Shown here: positions 1 through 14,587 of the stretch, piece by piece
Numbering within the stretch: position 1 is the first letter of the stretch
Layout: every line of letters begins with the position of its first letter
From: Chrysomallon squamiferum
Lineage: Eukaryota > Animalia > Mollusca
NCBI GenBank assembly: GCA_012295275.1
Contig: CM022679.1
Location: forward strand, 14,818,001-14,882,000
Length of the DNA: 64,000 nt
Direction: 5' to 3'
Made by a program: the position numbers and the translations under genes
The notes under the pieces: model-generated
The model's input: only the letters and a program-made list of their open reading frames with translations
What the model was told of the DNA's origin: nothing
Database searches by the model: none

Positions 1-1800
1 TCAAAAATTATTTAATTTATTCGTTTCATTTTACAATTTGTTTATTTATTTTGTTGATTTATTTATTTTATTCTTTTAATACTTTTTTTTATTTATTTAC
101 TTATACTCTGTTTAATCACTTAGTTTTATTTACTTATAATTATCTTTGATGTTTATTTTCATTTTGAATTATTTATTTATATTTTATTTATTTATATAAA
201 TATTACTTAATTTTTAATTATTTTTTTATTACTAATATTTATCTATTTGTTTGTTTGATTCTTTCTTTTTTTTACTGATGTTGTATTTATTTAATTTAAT
301 TTATATTTATTTTTTTATTTATATTTATATTTATATTTATATTTATTTTATTTTATTTTATTTTATTTTGGGATTTATTGTATTTATTTTATTTTATTTT
401 ATTTTTTTTATTTTATTTCATTTCATTTATTTTACATTTTATTCATGGATCCTTTCGGATTTCATTGTTGGGATTTACATGTTTCAAGTTTGGTGAACAT
501 TTTATGTTCTGTACCTTTGGTGAACAGTCCCCCAGAACTCATTTTTCAAGTAACAAGTTCCGTATTATCCACTCTTTAGGTGGGGGTGTCATCACTCACC
601 AGGTGACTCACTGTCGCTGCATTCAAGGTACAGACCGAATTTTCAAGGAGAGTTGGGGGAGGGGGCGGTGAAGAATAATAGACGGCTGTCTGTCCTGCCA
701 AATTTGAGTGTCCCGTTCAAATTTCTGAAAACCTCCACATTCCAAAACAAGTTGAAAATTTTGGCGTATGGAGGTTATAAAGACCCATCCCGGCTTCTCG
801 AAATTGACGTCAACTCTTTGGCGCGGTTTATATACCCAGCGAACGCGGACGTCAATGAAAACACACCTATAAAAACAAGTGGACTTGTCAAAATGGATGG
901 AATTGTGTTTTTCACTTCGAAATGTTTTCGTTTTAAACTCGCCTGCCTTCATATAACTCTGTGACCTATGTGTCTCTCTATTTATATATCATTCTGTGTT
1001 CTATATCACTATAATTTGTCGATATATTGTTAACACGTTTTTAACACGGACTAAAAAACGATGAGAAAGAAGCGTAATCTATAACTGAGTTCATCTTAAA
1101 AATACAATTAAAAATATATAAGTAGCACTTGACGCCTTTTTAAAATGTTTTTAAAAGTTACTAAAGTATACATATTATGAAATAGAAATAATTGTTTTGT
1201 ATAAATTAATTTTATGAACGCAAACAAACTAAACAATGCGCACACCAGCACAGCCATTGTAATAACATATAACAGCCATATATACAGTTTTCAGTTGCAT
1301 TACACTAGTCAGTATGTGACGTAAACATACAAATATCTAAAATAGTTACGCTTTCTTTACTATGCACAGTCTACTCCTATTTCTACAAATAATTAATAGT
1401 TAAAAAAATACTAAAATAAAAATACCTAACTGGCTAGATCCTGACATATATTGGTCCACATTTTCTTGCTTTTGCTGCTTTTATTTTTTCTTCTTAATTG
1501 TAAACAAAATAAAGTTATACAAATGTTAATCTAGTAATAAAAATAAGTTTATCAGCGTCTGACGTAAAACTACGAAAATATACACAAGCGCTACGCTTTC
1601 TTAACCGTTGACAGTCTACTTCCGTTTCTATAAATAAATAATAGTTGAACGAAATAAATAAATAGAAACATTAACACAGCTCCTAAAAATTGAAATAAAT
1701 TTTCTCAAGTCTTCTGCCATTTTTTTTTTCTTTGATTTTGTAATAAAATCATACTGTTCAATTAAAACTGGTTAAAAATCAGTTTTCGACATATGTTCAA
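1..1800. repeat. Segmental duplication unit, copy 1 (AT-rich flank plus GC-richer ~450 bp block)
   Basis: Positions ~10-960 are nearly identical to ~2695-3620 (e.g. the shared ORFs MGEG.VKNNRRLSVLPNL). More diverged similarity continues to ~1800 vs ~4480. Boundaries are approximate. Confidence 0.85.
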
Positions 1801-2199
1801 GAAATATTCACAAGAGTTACCCTTCCTTGTTTCTATAAATAAATATTACATTTTAATAATAAACAAATTTAAATATGTAACAATAATAATATGAAAATAT
1901 TGTTGCATTTTACTAAGGAAACGGTCACAGAAAATTAATAAATAAATCCCCCCTCACAAACACAAAAACAACAAAATACAACAACAAAAAAACAACGTAT
2001 AAACTACAATATAAAATAGAACTTCATAATAATACTAATATAATATAGCATAAAACAAACATTCAAATATATAAATAACTAAATAAATAAATGAAAAGTC
2101 CGAAGATATATATTTTAAAATTAGCTCGCCGAAACAAGACATTTATTTACTTATTAGACCTCTTTTCTCTTCTTTTTATTATTTTTAAATAAAATGTTC

Positions 2200-2252
<53 letters not shown>

Positions 2253-2689
2253 TTTATTTTTTCTTTCTTTTATTCTTTCATTATTTCTTCTTCTTCTTCT
2301 TGTTATTGTTGTTATTGTTGTTGTTATTATTTCATTTTTGTTGTTTTTTTTTTTTTTTTTCTCATTGTTTTGTTATTGATACTTTTTGTTCAACAAATAT
2401 AGTAGTTTAATACTGTTAGTATGATACAACTGTTCATTTAGTCACTAGAATTAACTAAATCTATTCCGAAACGTAAAAACAGTTATTATTAATACAGGAT
2501 GGGCTTATTTTAAAGACATACTTATTTCAGATTTTTGGTTTTCTTCCTCCGCTAATGTCTGATTACAGAAACTGATATAGAAGTGTAATTCTTGTGAATA
2601 TTGATACATCTCTACCTCACATGGTGTTTTTAACAAGAAAACAGATTATGTCATAGAAAAACACAGTTCTTTGTTTCCTTTATTTATTC

Positions 2690-4480
2690 AATAATTGTTT
2701 AATTTATTCGTTTCATTTTACAATTTATTTATTTATTAATTTTGTTGATTTATTTATTTTATTCTTTTAATACTTTTTTTTATTTATTTACTTATACTCT
2801 GTTTAATCACTTAGTTTTATTTACTTATAATTATCTTTGATGTTTATTTTCATTTTGAATTATTTATTTATATTTTATTTATTTATATAAATATTACTTA
2901 ATTTTTAATTATTTTTTTATTACTAATATTTATCTATTTGTTTGTTTGCTTGTTTCTTTTTTTATTGATGTTGTATTTATTTAATTTATTTTATTTTATT
3001 TTATTTTATTTTATTTTATTTTATTTTATTTTATTTTTATTTTATTGTATTTTATTTTATTTTATTTCATTTCATTCATTTTACATTTTATTCATGGATC
3101 CTTTGGGATTTCATTGCTGGGATTGACATGTTTCAAGTTTGAATTACATTTTTTATTTTATGTTCTGTACCTTTGGTGAACAGTCCCCCAGAACTCGTTT
3201 TTCAAGTAACAAGTTCCGTATTATCCACTCTTTAGGTGGGGGTGTCATCACTCACCAGGTGACTCACTGTCGCTGCATTCAAGGTACAGACCGAATTTTG
3301 AAGGAGCGTTGGGGGAAGGGTCGGTGAAGAATAATAGACGGCTGTCTGTCCTGCCAAATTTGAGTGTCCCGTTCAAATTTCGGAAAACCTCCACATTCCA
3401 AAACAAGTTGAAAATTTTGGCGTATGGAGGTTATAAAGACCCATCCCGGCTCCTCGAGATTGACGTCAACTCTTTGGCGCGGTTTATATACCCAGCTAAC
3501 GCGGACGTCAATGAAAACACACCTATAAAAACAAGTGGACTTGTCAAAATGGATGGAATTGTGTTTTTCACTTCGAAATGTTTTCGTTTTAATCTTGTCT
3601 TTCTTCATATTACTCTATGACCTGCGTGTCTCTGTATTTGTATATGAATCTGTGTTCTGTATCTTTATTTTTACCGGTATATTCTCAAAACTCTTTTGAT
3701 ACCGCCTAAAAATGTTAATAAAGAAACAGAAAACTGTAACTAAATGCATTTTAAAAATAAAATTAAAAATATATAAGTAATTTGAAACAAGATTTTTATA
3801 CTGATTTTAAAATCACTAATCCCTGGAGATTGCGAAATATGCATAATTTATTTATATTCGTTCCTGTTATGAATACAAAAGAATAGACAGTTCGCATTCT
3901 AGCACAGCCATTATGTTAACATGTAACAGCCATACATACATTTTCAGTTGCATTAAACTAAACTGCATGTGACGTAAATATACAAATATCCTAAATAGTT
4001 ACGCTTGGTTTACAATGGATAGTCTATTTCACTTTCCACAATTAAATATATAAATAATATTTTTAGGAAAACAATAATAAAAAATAAAAAAAATACCAAA
4101 ACGACTGGATGCTGAAAGAAATTCGTTCACATTTTCTTCTTTTTGCTGCTTTTTCCTTTCTTCTTAACTGTAAATAAAATAAAGTTATAAAAATATGGAA
4201 CTAGTAGTTAATTAACCAGCGTCTGACGTAATGCTACCAAAACCTTCGGAGACGTTGCGCTTTCTTAACCCTTGATGGTCTACTTCCGTTTCTATAAATA
4301 AACAATAGTTAAAAAAATAAATAAATATAAAATGACATCTCCTTGAACCTGAAATTAATTGTTTAGAATTTTCTGCTATTTTACGGACACGCACACACAT
4401 ACACATATACACACAGAGACAATTTTATTTTTTTGTACAGAATCATATTATACAATTAAAATAAGATAGAATTGCGATTG
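2690..4480. repeat. Segmental duplication unit, copy 2 (direct)
   Basis: Direct repeat of 1-1800 at an offset of ~2.66-2.69 kb. Confidence 0.85.
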
Positions 4481-4921
4481 TGACATAAAATTGAAACAGT
4501 ATTCCCAAATGTTATGGTTTCCTATTTGTAAAAATAAACATTAGTTTTAAACAAATTAGAAATTATAACTGTGATAATAAAACAAAATAAAATAAAATGT
4601 CCAAATCTATTTCAGACTGAAATTAACTGTACAAAGGCAAACTTTTAATTATTTATTTATTTATTTATTTATTAGACATTTGTTTCGGTTTTCTCGCTGT
4701 TGTTGTGTTTTGTTTGTTTTAATTGTTGTCGACGCAAATAAAATAAAATAAAATAAAATAAAATAATCATGTATTTGTGTTACCGTCAATTAATTAATGA
4801 ATGACGGAATTATTTTGGAATCATAATTGTAATAGTGGTGGTGCAGATATTATTGACAGAAGGAAATGCCGCCGTTAAGACCTACGTGTATTTTTATTCA
4901 TTCCCCACAAAAAAGGTACCA

Positions 4922-4958
<37 letters not shown>

Positions 4959-5939
4959 TTATTTTAATGGCAAGTACATGTTGGAGTTAAATACATTTTT
5001 AAAAATTATTGTTTTGGATTTGTCTGTTACAGTATTTGTTAGTAGTAGTAATCAATGCATGTAATTATTGTTGTTGAAGAATGTAACTTCGAACAACATT
5101 CAACTTAGCTTATTAGAGTCAACCTCAGCAATACATCATCTACTCCGCTGATAGGATCTCTCCCATCAGTGGTGTCGTCTGTATCCCAACATCAATTATA
5201 GTCATACTTGTTCTATTGTGTATCTCTCCTGATTAAAGGCATAACTCAGTATTCAGCATACGTAATAAGATCATAATTTAAAAAAAAAAAAAAATAAAAA
5301 AAAAAATAAAAAAAATATTAGATATGAGCAAATAATTAACCGCTTAATTTTTATTGCAGATCCTATATGAATTGCATAAGAAAAGGAACAAATAAAACAA
5401 TGTTTAAATCAGCCCCATAACAAAAACAAATTAATTTCACATAAGTTAGAACCAGGGAACTTGAAGTGAGTTCCACACAAGCTTTCATTGTTTCCTACTT
5501 CAGATAAATAAATATTTCATGTTCAGAATTTACAGATTCGAGATTTAAAAAATTCAAATTCCATTTTGTTAATGTCTTTCTGAGATCACATGTGTCAAAT
5601 CTGATAAAATAAAAGTAAAATAAAAACATTGAATTAATAATAATTTAAAAATATAAATATTAAAAGATTAATTATAATAAACACAGTATATTTTTTTCGG
5701 ATAACTTGTTTAAGGAAAAAATGAATGCCATATCAAATTCATTGGCCTTGGCACCATATATTTATCGCTAAATAATTTCCCTATGACTGTTATAATTTTA
5801 AATAATATAAGATGTTGAAACCTTTTTTTAAAAATAATTTAAATAGAGAAATATAATTTGTGTACCCCCTATCACCCCACTCAATAGAGAAAGAAAAGAT
5901 GAGTCAATTTATTTCAGGTTTTAGCAGCTGTGCTTTTTC

Positions 5940-6935
5940 TATTTATTTATTTTATTCATTAATTATTTATTTATAGAAACATAAATAGACTGTCAACGGT
6001 TAAAAAAAAGCGTAACGCCTCTGAATGTTTTCGTAGCTTTACGTCAAACGCTGATAAAGTCATTTTAATGACTAGATTAAATTTGTATAACTTTATTTTG
6101 TTTACAATTAAGGAGAAAAAATAAAAGCGGCAAAAACAAAACAAAAAAAAACATGGACGAATTTATTTCAGGATATAGCCAGTTAGGTATTTTTATTTTT
6201 GTATTTTATTTTTACTCTATTAATTATTTGTAAAAATATGAGTAGACTGTGCATAGTAAAGAAAGCGTAACTATTTTAGATATTTGTATGTTTACATCAC
6301 ATGTATATATGGCTGTTATATGTTATTACAATGGCTGTGCTGGTGTACGCTTTGTTTAGTTTGTTTGCTTTCATAAAATAGACTTATACAAATCAATTAT
6401 GCATATTTCAGAATCTGTATGCTTTGGTAATTTTAAAAACATTTTAAAAAGGCTTTATATGCTACTTATATATTTTTAATTGTATTTTTAAGATGAACTC
6501 AGTTATAGATTACGCTTCTTTATCATCGTTTTTTAGTCCGTGTCAAAGAAGTTTTAATAATATACACAATAACAATAATTATAGAGAACACAGAATGATA
6601 TATAAATAGAGAGAAACATAGGTCACAGAGTAATATGAAGGTAGGCGAGTTTAAAACGAAAACATTTCGAAGTGAAAAACACAATTCCATCCATTTTGAC
6701 AAGTCCACTTGTTTTTATAGGTTTGTTTTCATTGACGGGACACTCAAATTTGGCAGGACAGACAGCCGTCTATTATTCTTCACCGACCCCTCCCCCAACG
6801 CTCCTTCAAAATCGGTCTGTACCTTGAATGCAGCGACAGTGAGTCACCTGGTGAGTGATGACACCCCCACCTGAAGAGTGGATAATACGGAACTTGTTAC
6901 TTGAAAAACGAGTTCTGTGGGGACCGTTCACCAAA
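5940..6935. repeat. Segmental duplication unit, copy 3 (inverted, internal ~136 bp deletion)
   Basis: Reverse complement of ~515-1660. MKVGEFKTKTFRSEKH on + matches MKAGEFKTKTFRSEKH on - at 952. The segment equivalent to 714-849 is missing, with cgt microhomology at the join. Confidence 0.85.
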
Positions 6936-7600
6936 CAAACAAGAATATCGTTCACGAAAAAAGAGTAATACCGTCATTGGTGCACTTCACGTGGTTTGGT
7001 GGGCCCCAGAAAAACCATTTCCGATTTCACCACTTGATCAGCATTCTAGCTGCGCATAAATTTGTGAAACCGGAACGGATTTATTTTTGGTTTGATCTTA
7101 TTCCAGAAGGACATTATTTCAAGGAATTAAAAGAAAAGGTTCCAGAACTGTTTGTGATCCATCGCAAAACTCCAAAAGAAATATATGGTCGACCTGTGAA
7201 AGTCGCCGAACACATTACCGATATCGTACGTCTGGAAGCCATTTTGGAATATGGCGGAATGTACTTCGACCTGGATGCTATTGTCGTCAAGCCTTTGGAT
7301 CCTCTTCTTAAATACGACGTGGTGATGGGATACGAAGGGAAGGATGCGCTTTGCAACGGAGTTATCATTGGCGTCAAGTGGGCAGAATTCTTAAAGATTT
7401 GACACGAAGCATACAAAACGTTCGATGATAACCAGTGGCAGTATCATTCAGTACAGGTGCCTGGGATCCTGGCCTTGAAATATCCTAAGTTAATACATAC
7501 AGAAGAGAAATCATTTCATAGACCGAATTATACGCCTCAGGAAGCGAAGATGCTGTATAAAGATGGAAATCTCTTCAACTTCAAAGAGAACAATTCAGTG
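6917..7600 (+). pseudogene. Glycosyltransferase family 32 (alpha-1,4-GlcNAc/Gal transferase-like, DXD sugar-binding domain), disrupted
   Basis: IPSLVHFTWFGG and DIVRLEAILEYGGMYFDLDAIVVKPL are typical GT32 motifs. There is an in-frame TGA at 7400-7402, where Trp is expected (FLKI*HEAY). The same frame continues QWQYHSVQVPGILALKYPKLIHTEEKSFHRPNY until the junction with a TPR copy at ~7595. Confidence 0.85.
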
Positions 7601-8364
7601 GTTCTGGACCTTTACTGCGGACATCCTGGAGCAGTTTACAGCATCTAACAGCGAGTTCAGCGACATCCACACCTGACTGAATTGAATAGCTCTGAGTAGA
7701 CAAAGATCGCCTAAGTGTTAGACCCTCTCCAAATTTCCATTCGTATTCTTCTGGATATTTCTGATTTACTTTTCTGTACAACTCCAGAGCCTTTGGATAA
7801 GAAGCTGTCGAGATCCTAGCGTAGCAATAAGCAAGTTCAGCTTCAGCTACAGCAAGCATCCTGTTAAGGTCTCCCTCCACGTTTTCCAGTTCGATTAATT
7901 CTGATTCAGCAGAACGGTCGCCCTGTTTTAGCAGAAAACGCACACGGTTTGCACGAGCTACAATGTTATGGTCTCGACGACAGACTCTTAAATTTATCTT
8001 GATTGCCTTCTCTCGATCTCCTAGCAAAAAGTGCAAGAAGGAAATAAAATTGTCGTCTCTATTTCTTTCCATCAAACTGCGTTTCTCTTCTTCTTGTTCT
8101 CGTTCTAACTTTTCAAGTAATTTTTCTCTATGCTGTTTTGAGCAGTACATGAGATCTGTAAGATGGAAGGAGTGAGGAAACGATTCCAGTCTACCTTCAA
8201 AGAAAATGTCGTCATCTGAAGCTGAAAAATAAAATGAAACCAATTCGAAGCTTTTGAAGAAATAGGGATCGAAAAGTGTGTGTTCCTAAAAAGATGAATT
8301 GTAAATGTTTCCTTTTGGTTTTTCTCTTTAAAATTAATTATAATTAATCTGAAAATGTTTTGTT

Positions 8365-8461
<97 letters not shown>

Positions 8462-8637
8462 TATATAAATGTGTTTGTACCGTATTTATAAAAGTAAGCA
8501 GAAGAGCGTCAGCTGAAGGTGTCATACAACATAATACAAATATTTCACTATCATTGTAACTGGTATTTCTCACCAATTTTGATCCTTCCAAAATCTTTCT
8601 CTAATGTCGTTGTGCTTTCCGCTGTTTTCGCAGCCAT
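7595..8637 (-). pseudogene. TPR-TIR family copy 1, 3'-truncated (start exon 8574-8637; main exon 8221 to ~7595)
   Basis: Start exon MAAKTAESTTTLEKDFGRIKI ends at a G|GTGAG donor. The acceptor TTTTTCAG precedes 8221. Homology to paralogs stops after KGPEPLN, so the TIR-like domain is absent. Confidence 0.85.
8367..8457. repeat. (CT)n microsatellite in copy 1 intron
   Basis: Direct read. Homologous intronic tracts at ~31095-31159, ~41189-41289, ~51497-51620 and ~59932-60015. Confidence 0.95.
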
Positions 8638-8768
8638 TATCCTAAAAGAAAGTCACAAAATAGTTTATTAATATTGTGTTTTAGCTCCACTGTACTTTTC
8701 TCTGGAACATAATATAATTGTTTTCAAAAACCTGGGAATAAATAAAAATAAAATAAGTAAGTAAAAAA

Positions 8769-8843
<75 letters not shown>

Positions 8844-9944
8844 TAGTAACAATCAATGAAAAAAACTTTTTATTTATTTAACATAAGTAATTAAATAAAT
8901 AAAGTATTTATAGTTTGAAACTATTTTATCTAGCACTTCCAGCAGTTCTTCTTTATCAGCCTGCATGAGGTAAACAAATCGCCCTTATCAGCCTATGTAT
9001 AAGAGCATAGAGCGAGAAACGGGTGTATTCGATAACTATAGCGATAAAGAGACCCGTAAGGTATGAGATATATTTATTAAACAGTTGTTAGTAGGATTTT
9101 TTCTTTTTCCTTTTACAGGATCACACCTGTTTCTTGTTTGCTTCAGAGAATAAACAACGAAATCATCTGCGTCTAGATTTTAAATGTATAAAAATAAAAT
9201 AATAAAATAATAATACTAATAATAAAAACATTTTTCTCTCAGGCTTCTGTAAATCTTAATTTTAATTAGGTCGTCAAAATTCTACTGGTTTCAGTAAACA
9301 TTCGCATCGATTTACGTGATCCTGTTATTTCCGAACTAAGATGAAATTTGACTTAATGTGTTGTGTTATGAGCTTCTTGTTTGTTTCTATATTATATTAC
9401 TAGTTTTAGCTTACATATATGACGAGAAAATTCATGAATGAACTTTATCTTTTAATGCACAAGTAATGAATGAAATATTACTTAAATATACAGTAATAAC
9501 AAATGCTAAATCAAACTTACACGTTATCGTTGGATGTTCCTTATTCTGAAACGGACAGTCAAAAACTTTGATAGCTTCACCTTTTCATATATAATATGCA
9601 ATTAGGTGTCGGCTTTCCTTATTGAAATTCAAAGAATCGGTAGAATAAAACAAGATAGTCAACGTGGAAGTTCTATAAGGGATGTCACCTAATAAGGTAA
9701 TATTACGAACCTGCGGCGTGACAACAATCTAAACACATTCATGGCCACACCTCCTTGTTATATCTCTGTGCTTTATACTTTATCTTCCCGGGACATAGTT
9801 CATTTTATTATTAAACTACTAATACAATAAAATACTGAGTTCTTGTGACAGAATATGTGAAGCTTTAAATATTAAAATTTAATTATTAAGTATTTGAAAA
9901 AAATTATATACTTGAGTCTGATCTCAAGACCTTCCTAATTTTAT

Positions 9945-10101
<157 letters not shown>

Positions 10102-10305
10102 TAAGTTTTTATCTTTACTTTGGTAAGCTTTATTTCACGTCTTGCTTCTTATGTGTTTGATTAATATAATTCCTTATAACTGTTATATATGAAAATGTAA
10201 TTTGCTAAGCAGATATATACTTTAATGCAAATGTTATTGTTTACGAAATTTAGTTATGTAGTAAAAATGATTAATCATAGAGAAACCACGCCTTAGTCAT
10301 TTTCA

Positions 10306-10663
<358 letters not shown>

Positions 10664-11144
10664 AATCAGCCGACTACTTTCGTTATTGAAATTCCAAGAA
10701 CTGGTACAGTGAAACTAGGTAATCAATGTCAAATCTCTTCTATAAGGGATATCACCTGATACGGTAACGTCATGACATTGTCGCCTGACAACAACATAAA
10801 CACATTCCTGACCACACCTCCTCGTTTTATCTGTGTGCAGGCCAGGACATAGTCCACTTTATTATCAAATTGCTATTACAATAAAATACTGACTACCTGA
10901 ATTCAGTATATTATATATTCTGTGTATAGATATATACATCTCTCTTTCTATCTATCTGTCTATCTATCTATATATATATACAAACTCATATATATATTTA
11001 TCTATACATACATACATATATATATATTCATATATATATTTCTACACACACACTTACATTCATACATACATACATACATATTTATATGTTTATTTGGAAA
11101 TCGAGTTCAATCTGATCACAAGGCGTTCCTAATCTTGTTCTTTC

Positions 11145-11224
<80 letters not shown>

Positions 11225-11229
11225 TAATG

Positions 11230-12960
11230 CCATCCAATTTTTACTGGTGTCAACAAACGTTAGGATACAATTTTGTAAATTTCTTTTATATCCCAAGCAT
11301 AATTTTGAATGTGTTTTTTCGTTTGGACATTTTTATAATAGTGCATATCAATGCACTGACCATGTACATTTATAGTTTAATGGTAACTTTATATCCTTAT
11401 TAGATTTAGCTGTTTCGCGAACGTGATTAAATAAATTGTAAGTACATATGACTAATTTTTGTGCAGTTGGAAAAAGAATAAGATAAACACTTGGTATTTG
11501 TGACTACTTGAATAAACTGTTGGATTTTTTCTTATTCAGGTCAAATTAAAGGTCCATCCGTCTCTCTGTATGAAGTATGTTCTTTGTTCAGATTTCGTTT
11601 CAGGGGTGGATTATTGCGCGGTTTTCAGTTGCCCGGAGGTTTACCACGGCTAAAAGTAACAACAAAAACAACAGCAAGAACAAAAACAACAACACCAGCA
11701 GTAATAATAATAATAATAACAACAACAACAACAAAACAATAATAACAATAACAAGATGAATAATAATAACAACAACAACAACAACAACACAAATAAAAGC
11801 CCTATAAGCAATGTTTTTGTTAAAAAAAAATACTGTTACAACATTATCGCATGTCAACAGTATAAACACAGTAATGAATTTACATCCTTATATATGTATG
11901 TGTTTACAAATATGATATTGCTACTCATGAATGAGTTATTTGGAAGGATACAGGCTGTTTATTCGTTGTTAATATTGAAATGAAACGTGGATAATAATAT
12001 CGACATTTTTGTAATTTCAGCTTCAAGAGGTAATTTCCATGAAAAATACTTGAGTCGTTATCTTCTTCTTTTGTGGATATTCTTTTATGAATATTTTAAT
12101 ATATTTTGTAATCCTCTCCAATGTATTTCATTTCACGTCAAACATGGCTTCCAAGACTTTAAGTGTTTAGGTCAGGGTACATCTAAATGTAGCGCTGACT
12201 CTATGAGAAGTTAAATTATAAATAAAAACAAAAATCAATCTTATCTACATTCACGTACAATGTACACCTTTGTTTATTTGCCAGGATATGTCAGGCGACA
12301 TTAAAATTATAAATCTGTTGTATTCTCAGATGAAACCAAAGAGGCAAATAAAGAATTTTATAATTTACTCTTATCTTATCTGTGTTTACTTATTTAACTT
12401 GGTAAAGTCTTTCTTCTTTTATAATCACTTAGCCCGACCAGTCTTGTCTGTATGGGGACATTCTATTATCGACATGTCCAGTCGACCTGATAACAGAACA
12501 CACTGCTGTGTTAAGTTCTTCACGTGATCACTCAGTGTTAAGTAGTTGACCATGACACCATTATCCGTACCTGGCACAAAAGGTATGCTAACTAGTTCTT
12601 TCGAGATCGATATATCAATAATCATGTGAAACATTATTTCTCTTGACAGTAAAGCTTTACGATTAAATTCTGTAAACGTATTTGTTATACACTAAAGAGA
12701 GATATAAATAATTTCTATTAACTTCGGTAAAAATCCTTTATTAGCTAAATGCTGAAAGATATTTCCAAATGTACTGTTTATTTATTAAATTAATGTCGGC
12801 TATTTACTTATTGTTATATCCGATTATTTATTTATTTGTTTCTGTTTTTGTATGTGTTAATAGTTGAATTAATTGGATAGGTTAAAGATATTGCCACGTT
12901 GCCCGTAGCAAACTTGCGTAATGCAATTTGTTTTATGTACATTTATGTGTATAACTTCTA
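11230..12960. repeat. Upstream module shared by gene units; near-identical to 35100-36750, diverged copies at ~23450-24780, ~46900-48270, ~58620-59470
   Basis: Shared blocks give duplicated ORFs (MFICQDMSGDIKIINLLYSQMK at 12270 and 36070; PGTDNG.MVNYLTLSDHVK at 12425 and 36225). Confidence 0.85.
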
Positions 12961-14457
12961 AGTTATCTCCCTTTCTGTGCGTGCAGATCGTCGATTGGTG
13001 AGGCTAAGAGAAAAGTACGTGTGTCCTATCAAACTGTATTCTTCTTATCCTTACTTTTTTATTGTTTTTGTTTTATTTTGTTTTGATTTTAATATTTATT
13101 GTATGATTTCTTAGTATATACCCTAGTCAAATTAAGTAAATGGTCAGTCCTCAGGAAATAAACCTTTGAGAATATCACATTTTATTTTCATTGCACGTAC
13201 AGTATCTGCATGTTAAGAGACATTCTGTGTTCTCTATCATGAAACTGGACTATGAATGTTTCAAATACACGTGTAGATAAAGTAACACCCAATAGAAATA
13301 TTAATAACGTTACAGTCAAATAGAAGCATTATTTCTAAATACTAGTATAAGCAAATAAACACCTGATTATTGTTGCCGCTGTTTGATAAAGACGGTTTGA
13401 CCAGTGTGTAAATAAAAAATAAAATTAAAGAATGAAAAATGCAATGCGACAGATTTATAGATAGCTAATAATAATTATTTATAAAAATAAAGGGCAAACA
13501 ATGACACTAACTACCATTTAATATTGCAAGATGACCATCATCAGTCTCTCAAGTTTATTTAATTCGTTTGACAACTCCGCACACACAGAAATAAACAAAA
13601 TGATAAAATATTTCATGAGTTTAACAAAAACAAAATTCAGACATTCTAAAACTACATTTTATTACAACAGTGACTACATCGTTACATCCATCAAGGACAT
13701 TAAGCTGGAAAAAGTCTAAAGGTTAGTGTCCATATTTCAACTCATAATAGTAACTTCAGACAAAGTTCTTGAAATAAAAATAGCATGAATTAAATCTGTT
13801 TACAGTCCCAACTATATATTATCAAAATATAAAACACATACAAATACAAAGATTTTATCATTGACACAATTCACTGACTTGGCGGTAAAATTACACACAA
13901 AACAACAAAAAGGATGAAAAGATACTCTAAAGGAGCATTTTATTCCAAGCATAATTACTTTGTATATAGATAGATATGGATACACAAAGACATAATATAT
14001 ATCTTATAGTAATAGAGACCCCATCATATCATGTTTTTGAAGATTTAGATAACACAAATAGTTTTCTTCTTAAAAAATAACCTTATTTTCCGAATATCTA
14101 TTTATATTTTTAAAATTGAAAAATTCAGTAATGGAAAACATTTCTAGTCCAAACATATTGACCTTCTGACGCATTACATAATACAAATTTCATTTCAGGC
14201 ATAAAGTTATTGAAAAAATGTATTAAAATAACAGCAGACTGTCTGTACAACCTATGTACGTGGATTTCATTTTTAATGTGTCCATCTGTAACATCTGCTT
14301 TTCTTCTGAGAGAAGAGACTTATTTTCTGACTTTCTCCTTATATTCTCAAATCAAAAATTCCTCCAGTCCAAACATTTTGTAGTAGGATTCTAATATAGA
14401 TATATTTATTAGTATAAGTGTTATTGTTGTTGTCGTTGTTCTTTTTTTTCATATTAG

Positions 14458-14490
<33 letters not shown>

Positions 14491-14587
14491 CAGCAACACC
14501 AGCACTAGCAATAGCATCAACGTTTACAAGTAGAACAATCCATGCAGTTCATTCCAAATTCCTGTTACGATTTGTAAACTGTCAAAT

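Noticed and set aside
7400-7402. TGA in GT32 as selenocysteine or an alternative genetic code
   Set aside because: It sits at an expected Trp position, TGG is used elsewhere in the same gene, and the gene is also truncated. Simple TGG>TGA nonsense is more parsimonious.
8364-8591. ORF MEGSKLVRNTSYNDSE (also 41166-41423)
   Set aside because: Off-frame read across the start-exon donor into the intron and (GA)n tract.
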